A DNA stretch of 54,065 nt, from contig JAYQLI010000030.1 in NCBI GenBank assembly GCA_038143065.1, positions 1 through 54,065 on the forward strand. The letters are read 5' to 3'. The translations under genes were made by a program, and so were the position numbers. Each line of letters starts with the position of its first letter. The first letter of the stretch is position 1. The stretch is from Rhodospirillales bacterium. GTDB lineage: Bacteria > Pseudomonadota > Alphaproteobacteria > Bin95. Shown here in pieces: positions 47,016 through 54,065 of the stretch. The notes under the pieces were generated by a model. The model was given only the letters and a program-made list of their open reading frames with translations. It did no database searches and had not been told where the DNA came from.

Positions 47016-47975
47016 TATGCTAACACCTCGCTGAACGCTTGTGACGCCATGATCTTGGACACACGGTACATACGCTTGGTGAGGCTTTGCATTTCGTTAT
47101 CGACGTTGTCGGAATTGCGAACATGGCAAAGTTCATTATGCGTAGACCATGCGGTCAATGTGGATATGGCGTTCCATAGATTGTTGCCACGGATATGGGT
47201 TTCAGCAACGTAGTGATCCACCATCGCATCGATCTGCGTGTCAGAGAAACGTGATTGCTTCAACAAACGTTGGAATTTACGTGGACCCATCGAAATATCG
47301 CTGTAGTCACGCAATTCGTTCACACGATCCGCAAACAGTTTGATGTCTTCGATTGCACGTTCAGTGCGAACCGCAGGATCAAAGCCCTCTGTGCGACGGG
47401 TGCCAGATTCCGAAACTTCATTCAAAAGAATGATGTTATCGCATGTGTCATCCTTCGCAGCGATCATGATCTTATCAGAACTATACCCATGTGGGTTCAC
47501 GATCATTATGTGTAGGGACAGATTAGCAACCGAACCGTCCAGTTGACGAATTTGGCCGGAATAACCAGGATATTCCAATCGCAGCGATAAAACGCTCCGT
47601 TGTCTTCCACATATTCATTCTGCTTGATGTCCTTGAGCAGGTGGGCAGGGACCTGAGATGTCAGGGCTTTCCACGCTGCATCACGCACAACCTTGTTCTG
47701 GATTGGCACGTATTGCGATCCGCATGTGCCGATCGGTTCGTGTGTTTCCGTATTCATTAGAACACGTCCCACAGATGGATTTACAGAACGCACCGCACCA
47801 CGCATCGTAGCAGTAGGGCGGTGTCTGCTATATAAAGAGGCATACACGCCACTTCATATGCGCCTGCCCCAAGAGGCGGTTGCTGTACAGTCGAATTATC
47901 CGCATCCGCATAGTCAGATTGCGGGATAAAAAAGAACTCGTCAGCTGGGATGATGTTGTTGTCATATTTCGTCAT
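47015..47975 (-). CDS. DUF932-like protein (frameshifted)
   Basis: LMNTETHEPIGTCGSQYVPIQN, GNNLWNAISTLTAWSTH. Confidence 0.65.
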
Positions 47976-48354
47976 AATTGCGCTTTCATTGTTAAGGTCA
48001 GATGTCGCCGCTAGGTAAGAGGCCGTGATCGCAGTAGATCATATAAAAAGGGGGTGTGTCAAGTGCTAATACACTAGGAGATGCGTAATACCGTGATATT
48101 AGTATTTAACGCATTGATTTCAAAATAAATTTCTACTGATATTATGTCAGTAGTAAAAAGTAATAAAAACAACCACTTAACCCTTATAGGGTTAAGCAGC
48201 GTATTGTCTGTTGGGAAATTTTTTTCGTCACTTTTTAAAATTCTCGTCATAGACCTGCAGGTAATACCGCATTTGTCGCCCCATCTCTTCCAGAAATTCA
48301 TCTTTCTTGGATTTCCTCTTACCGAAACGGTCGAGAGACGCTGGGCGAGGGAGT

Positions 48355-49250
48355 TTATTCATAGGCTACCTCATGGTTGTTAAAACGCTTGTGCTGTGCG
48401 GCAGTTGCCATGCGCAGGGATGTCTTCACGTAGGTGCTGACAACCTGACGGGATTTGTGGCCTGTGATGGCTCTGATCTCGTCCTCTGTGCAATTGGCCT
48501 CGCCAAGTTCGGTGGCGCCCGTGCGGCGTAGGTCACCGATCTTCAGATCATCGGGCAAACCTGCCATTGATCTGATGTGTTGCGCCTTCTTGCGATACAG
48601 GCGTTCGCTGTATGGCGCATTCGTGCCCTCATATAGAATGATAGCAGAATTGGGATCACGGTTACTTGAGATGGCATCCAAACGATCCTGTAGGTCAGGG
48701 GATGCTGGCATCTCGATCAATGTGCCAGTTTTCTGCTGGCTGAATTGAAACAAACTGTCATTGTAACTGGACCATGTCATAAGACGACAGTCCACAGGAC
48801 GCTGGCAGAGATCGTAGGCCATCAAGGCAAGGGTGCCGAGGCTACTGATGTCCTGTGCGTCAGACGTATTAATAAAACTGTGCAGATTATCGTGCGTCCA
48901 TGAAATCGTACGAGAGGGCGCTGCGTCGATAGATACCGCAGAGAACGGATTGTGCGACACAAGTTCCAGGCGCTTGCCTGTCGCAAACACAGACTTCCAA
49001 ACACGCATGTACAATCCAGCGGTGGCCTTGGAATGTTTTTCAGACAGCTGCGCATATATCGCTTCCGCATGGATCGGGCGGATCGCATTAACAGATGTCT
49101 GTGCAATGGGCTTGCGGCCAATGGCGATCATCGCCAGCACTTCATTGAATGCGGCTTGATAGGCACGGCGGCTGCTAGAGCCAGACGGCGCCAACGGCTT
49201 GTGGTTTTGTAGTCGGTTACGAGGTGGGTTGCTTTATAAGTCTTGGGCAT
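48355..49250 (-). CDS. int: Tyrosine recombinase/integrase of the HMO-2011-type core module
   Basis: AYDLCQRPVDCR (R), QQKTG (K), GDLRRTG (in place of HxxR), ITGHKS, STYVK (Y); SD AAGGAG; promoter TTGACC-N17-TACATT at 49306-49278. Confidence 0.85.
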
Positions 49251-49277
49251 TGTGATGCTCCTTTAGGTAAGAACCTA

Positions 49278-49353
49278 AATGTACTACTCGCACGTCAGAA
49301 GGTCAAGTGCCAAATATTTTCCTATTGTATTAGTACTGCAGTTGCGGTATGCT
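49278..49353. promoter_or_regulatory. Divergent sigma70-type promoters
   Basis: Minus: TTGACC-N17-TACATT (49306-49278). Plus: TTGTAT-N17-TATGCT (49325-49353). Confidence 0.65.
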
Positions 49354-49359
49354 TGATTC

Positions 49360-49490
49360 GAGGGCGACGATATTCTCCTCTTGGTCGTTGCTCTCAGGAT
49401 TAGTAAGTCATGCTAGTTCCTTTTTGTTGGGTAAACTGGGCCGTTTTTCTCGGGTTTTAACCTCCTACCGAGAAAGCGGCCCTTTTTTTA
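49360..49490 (+). ncRNA. Candidate ~130-nt sRNA with anti-Shine-Dalgarno loops
   Basis: Own promoter; hairpin GAGGGCGACGA..TCGTTGCTCTC with TCTCCTCT in the loop; terminal hairpin GGGCCG..CTCGG-[GTTTTAACCTCCTA]-CCGAG..CGGCCC followed by T7; no ORF. Confidence 0.6.
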
Positions 49491-49728
49491 TACTCGCACG
49501 TCAGAACATATTTAGGTGACATATAAGACGTGCCATCTGAAAACACGTTATTACAAATGTTACTACATCCTGAAAACAAGTTCTCAGATCATAAAATAAA
49601 AAAAGTACCAATACACTAGTAAAGTATTGACGATATTGCTTGAATTTAGGATTCTAAGGGCAGGGGCAAGACCTGACCAGTCGACAAAAACGCCCCCGAA
49701 AACTTACCTAGCAAAAAGGAATCCAAAA

Positions 49729-50492
49729 ATGGGTTATATCAATTTGACGTTAAAGAGCCGCAATCAAAAAGTGGGCAAAGTGCCTGTATCAACAAGCGGC
49801 AAAAAGACTTGCCCCGACGCTTGCCCCTTAAAAGCAAGTGGGGCGTGCTACGCCGACGGGGGCCTTTGGCCTTGTTTTGGGACAAGGTTACAAAACAGGA
49901 AGCAGGGGCGCCGTATGATTTATTTGTTAAACAGGTGGCCGCATTACCAGAGGCCAGTTTTGGCGCCATAATCAAGCAGGGGATTTGCAACCTAGCCCCC
50001 AATTCCCTGACACCATAGACGCCCCAAAGTTGGTGCAATTGGTGGAAGCCAACAAGGGCCGCAACGGATTCACATTTACACATTTTGACATTCTCAAAAA
50101 TCCAGTGAATGAATTTGCAGTTCATGCGGCTAATAAAAACGGCTTCACAATCAATCTTAGTGGAAACAATGTAAGCCACGCCGACAAGCTAGCGGATGTT
50201 GATTGCGGCCCTGTGGTTTCAATATTGCCTCTGGAATATCAAAGACAGGGCAAAGGCAAAGACTTACACGGGAAAGCCTGGACGATTACAAAGCCAGGTT
50301 GTCAGCATTCTCCACAGACAACGCCAGGAGGGCGCAGAATTATTGTGTGCCCTGCAACCTACACCGACGGAATGTCTTGCAATGATTGCCGCCTTATGCG
50401 CAAAAGCAAATCGCAAGACAATCGTGGGCTTTCCAAGCCATGGACGATCCAAACGCAAAGCCGACGTAATAGCGCAGGGGGGCCGCATAATG
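49729..50492 (+). CDS. Cys-rich Gp88-like (DUF7227-like) early protein (frameshifted)
   Basis: SRNQKVGKVPVSTS..TCPDACPL...CYA, WRHNQAGDL, GFTINLSGN, VCPA..MSCNDCRL. Confidence 0.7.
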
Positions 50493-50812
50493 ACCGATCA
50501 AGTTTATGTTGTCAATGTTTACGTGATAAGAAGTGCCACAGGTGAACATAGCCAAAAGTGAAGGGCACCTAACGTTTATTTAATGGATCATTGGGAAATC
50601 TTGTTGAGTTTGGAAAAGCTAGGGACGAAGCAAAACAACGCTATGAGAATTTGTTTGCTGATGAATGCAAGCTTCATGGATATTCATTGCGCCGGAATTG
50701 CGCTGATCGATCCTGAATACAAAACAGACTGGATGTAATGGGGGAAATATGATCGCCTGTATGGCTTCATCTGTTTTTATTGGCATCTGTTCTGCCTGTT
50801 TACTTAAAAAAT

Positions 50813-50844
50813 CAAACCCTGCCTTGTTGGCGGGGTTTTTCTTT
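50813..50844 (+). terminator. Rho-independent terminator
   Basis: AAACCCTGCC-TTGTT-GGCGGGGTTT followed by TTCTTT. Confidence 0.65.
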
Positions 50845-50875
50845 CCCATATTAACGACAGCGGAAAGGATCAGAC

Positions 50876-51120
50876 ATGAAAGAATTTCAACAGTTTTATG
50901 CAAGATCAAAAGGGCTGATGTCGAACGTGAAGACTGGTATTACTTGTATATTGGCGCCACAGGTAGATATGTTTTGTATGAATGGGACCACGTCCAAATC
51001 AACGGCCCCAGCAGCAATGGCGTGAAGCTGATTGAACTGGAAACTTTCTTGGATGATCCATCACAATGGAAGCAGCAAAACACAAACTCAAGGATTTGTT
51101 GGCGGGTAAGTGATCCTTAA
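50876..51120 (+). CDS. Hypothetical protein
   Basis: 3' part of ORF 50749-51120 (EDWYYLYIGATGRYVLYEWDHV) with SD GGAAAGGA. Confidence 0.45.
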
Positions 51121-51149
51121 AGGGACAAAGTGCTATAGAGATATAGGAA

Positions 51150-51408
51150 CCTGTCACAATAACAGATTATTTTTGCCTTGCTGTGATGTCGAGATACTCG
51201 GGAAATAGCATCACCGAACGCATACAAGACAAACGCAATCACAGCGCCAAAAACCACGATCACAAACAAGGCTCTGGTTAAGGCAACCAATATCCCCCAC
51301 CAAGTCTGTCGATCCTGCGTAGGCCAAGGTTGCCCACAATTGGGGCAGGTCTTAGCTTCATCGGAACAATCATAAGAACAGGTCTTGCAAGGTAATGATT
51401 AACGCCAT
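51150..51408 (-). CDS. Zinc-ribbon protein with transmembrane helix (frameshifted)
   Basis: CKTCSYDCSDEAKTCPNCGQP followed by WWGILVALTRALFVIVVFGAVIAFVLYAF. Confidence 0.6.
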
Positions 51409-52067
51409 GCGCAATCACTAGCACGGTTTACAGGATCAACAAAGGGCCGAGATCATGCACCGCTAAGGCGCCCCATACGCTTTCTTAAAACTGGCAAACG
51501 ACCACAGAGGGCCGGATTTGGGGCCTGTTTTGTTGCGCTGTTATTTGTGATTGTTTTGCTTTTATCTTTTTCCGGTCCCTTTGGTTTAAAAATTATCTAT
51601 AAATTACAGGGCCTCAACTCTATTGGGGCCGCTAACTATTTATTAACGGCCTTAAATTAACCCAATAAATACAGGGGTTTACGCTAAGCGCATCGATCGA
51701 GCGGGGGCGGCAAGCGCCTAGGCCCCTCCATGGCGATAGCGTATATATCGCTTCTCGACATGATTATGCTTGCAACTGTAAATTGAACCAGGATGAAGGC
51801 GACCAGAGAATGGTTTCTGTCAAATTCCTTAATCTGTCTGGCGGATTTTGGATTGGCAGTTCTGTAAATAGGAAATGCATAAGCCCAGTTACTGGATCAG
51901 GTTGTAGGCACCAACCGTGTTTGACGCACTGGTCGAATATCAGTCAGTAACTCCAAACTAAAAAACATCAAATAAAAGTGTTATAATACAACATTAGTGG
52001 TTGCGGATTCAGCGAATTTGATCATTCAGGTAATATGTTTCGACCTGTTCTAATTGAAGGCTCAGAA

Positions 52068-52364
52068 CATGAGCATTTATGGAAATGATGCAGTTCTGCA
52101 GGTTCCAGTCTCCTTGAATTTGATATTGATGTAGACAACGATGGGGTGTCTTACCTAGTCGGTAGCGTCTATCTTTCGGATTCTGACGACAGCGAAGAAT
52201 GGCGTGTAGAACTAGACGAGGTGATTGAAGCCCTGTGCGCCGATTACGGAGATGTTGATGGTTATCAGCACCTGTACGTGGTCGCACATGAACTATCACG
52301 AGCATCCGAAACATTACGAGTAGAAAAAGCAGGTCTGGATAGGAGGACAGCGTTTACGCTGTGA
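52068..52364 (+). CDS. Hypothetical protein
   Basis: Includes ORF 52146-52364. Confidence 0.45.
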
Positions 52365-52386
52365 GCGATTTATTTCGATCTGACTG

Positions 52387-52775
52387 ATGACGGTAGCTTC
52401 GAGAAACGATGCAACCGTATGCATAAAAACAAACCGATTGATAATCGGCTTCAATCGGTCTAAAAGTCTTGGGCGACAGTGGCTCCCACGAGAGTGCTAC
52501 AGGTCTCACATGGCGGTCATTCGGCGCTTACACGTGAGAACAGTGTTCCTGATAATCACTGCTGTCCAATTTGCGGTAAATCTGTTGAAGAACGCATTCG
52601 CCGAGTATATGAACCTAGACGTCTTGGCGATTAGATCATGATGATGAAACAGGCAAGTTGAGGGTTTCTTTGCGACAGATGTAATACCGGATTGGGTAAG
52701 TTTGCGGATGATCCAGAGATTTTATTGTCGGCGGTAATTTATCTGCAGCAACACGGTAGTCATGACATTTGCATA
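52387..52775 (+). CDS. Endonuclease VII-family (recombination/homing) endonuclease (frameshifted)
   Basis: CPICG...LDHD.ETGKLRGFLCDRCNTGLGKFADDPEILLSAVIYL. Confidence 0.75.
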
Positions 52776-52852
52776 GCGGGATTTCCGCTTTGTCTGAGGT
52801 AATTTACGCCAAAATGCCTTATAATAAGGGCATAAGCAGAAAGGAGAAAATA

Positions 52853-53030
52853 ATGCTTAGATCAATCTACAATGCGATTGTAATCAGCCGTGCTACATCC
52901 AGCAGCACACGCAACATTAAATCACCTAACTGACCGTGATTTGGCGGATATGGGTTTCCTCGTGTTACAACTTCGTTGAGACAGTTGTGAACAGCGTTCG
53001 TGACGACCTGAAGACAGACACAAACAAAAA
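52853..53030 (+). CDS. DUF1127 (YjiS-like) small protein (frameshifted)
   Basis: Strong SD AAGGAG; MLRSIYNAIVISRA...LNHLTDRDLADMGF fits the L-x2-L-(S/T)-D-R-x-L-x-D-(I/M)-G signature. Confidence 0.65.
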
Positions 53031-53493
53031 GTCTGTTGGCGATGTTTACAATGCAATCGCAAATCCAAACTTAGGTCGGGGCTGTCTGAATTAGCCTCGA
53101 CCTTCTGATCGACGGCGGCTTTGTGAAAGAGCCGAACTTCAGGTCGGCCTGGTCGCGACAATTTGAACAACGGGCTTTAGCCAAAACGCTATCAACCAAG
53201 TGCCATCAACCCTCACGTTCCAATAAATCCTGAACCGCAATCTCAGCTTGGTGATTGCAGTGCTTGCATTGAACATGCATGAAATGATTAAGCGACTAGT
53301 AAGTAGGGCTATAGGGGGATTCTCTCTGCATGCTATCGGGAGTGTATACTTAGCCCACTCAACCGACAATTTAATGACGTGTCCATGATCTGTCTAGTCA
53401 TACGCAAATATCAATACACCATTAGTGTTGTGCCACGTATTTCCGTGGTATAACAGGGCAATTTCAAAAATTTATCATCGCAAGGAGTTTGTC

Positions 53494-53740
53494 ATGGCTG
53501 ACACAGCTAAGTGTGGTGCTTCCGTTCCATCTATGCGCAAGTCGAAGATGATGGGCGGGGGTATGCCATTGAAGAAGCAAAACCTAAAATGCCTGGTTAT
53601 GGTGGGATGGCCAAAAGAAATGATGCGCCGTACCCAACCTAGACAACGTCGTCCCATGGCTCGTGTGCAGCCTGTAGCTCCGTCCAGCGGCAGCTGCAGG
53701 TCGCAGACCTATGCCACAGGCGGCTCCTGCACCTCGTAGG
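53494..53740 (+). CDS. Small basic hypothetical protein
   Basis: SD AAGGAG; MADTAKCGASVPSMRKSKMMGGGM...YATGG. Confidence 0.5.
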
Positions 53741-54065
53741 GCGGCACAGGCCCCCAGACCTATGAATAGGGTGCAAGGCAGGAAGTGCAGATGCAGGATG
53801 GCTCACGGCGCCCTGTTTCTCGTCGCCCAATGCGGTGAATGCCTTCATTGCAATAATTACAGCTTGTATCGGACCATTTGCGCCTGATTGCAGGTCTTTG
53901 GTGAAGCCTGAACTTTTCTACAACCAAGCCGAATGCCAGGAGAGTGTGGATTCAATGTTGGGACTACTGCGAGAGCACAGCGTCTTAGCATCTGGAAGCT
54001 GCCACAAGATTAGTATGGGTGAGCGCAGCCTAGGCACGGCCAATCTAGCGGACCCAACTAATGTT

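Noticed and set aside
52149-52158. CTTACCTAG copy as another antisense target
   Set aside because: Probably inside a coding region that starts near 52068 and lacks the partner TGACC element; may be chance.
1-54065. Pervasive frameshifts as mass pseudogenisation, programmed frameshifting or stop-codon recoding
   Set aside because: Indels hit essential genes evenly, often at homopolymers, and frames shift rather than read through one stop type. Uncorrected long-read error is the simplest explanation; quality is worst at ~19800-21200.

Overview
The window is an almost complete, circularly permuted genome (~54 kb) of a marine podovirus of the HMO-2011-type group, most likely infecting an alphaproteobacterium (Rhodobacteraceae/SAR116-like). 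The plus strand (~1-31950) carries terminase, portal, scaffold, major capsid, tail tubes, two tail fibres, an HlyC-like acyltransferase, a lysis cassette and large internal virion proteins. The minus strand (~35860-49250) carries a class II ribonucleotide reductase, MazG-like and DUF3310 proteins, nucleases, SSB, a family A DNA polymerase with a DnaJ-like CxxCxGxG insertion, helicase, primase and a tyrosine recombinase. Nearly every gene is broken by scattered indels, best read as uncorrected long-read error, so gene coordinates are approximate. Main points of interest: (1) an ORF-less 260-nt group I intron in the major capsid gene; (2) a second integrase beside an intact attP matching a tRNA-Gly 3' end, with arm-type repeats and an IHF site; (3) a candidate ~70-nt antisense RNA whose two single-stranded segments are complementary to elements in several phage 5' leaders, in a temperate phage with no recognisable CI repressor; (4) further anti-Shine-Dalgarno sRNA candidates and a DUF1127 protein; (5) a repeated ~17-bp operator-like motif at early/middle promoters. 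All family assignments come from motif recognition by eye; no database search was run.
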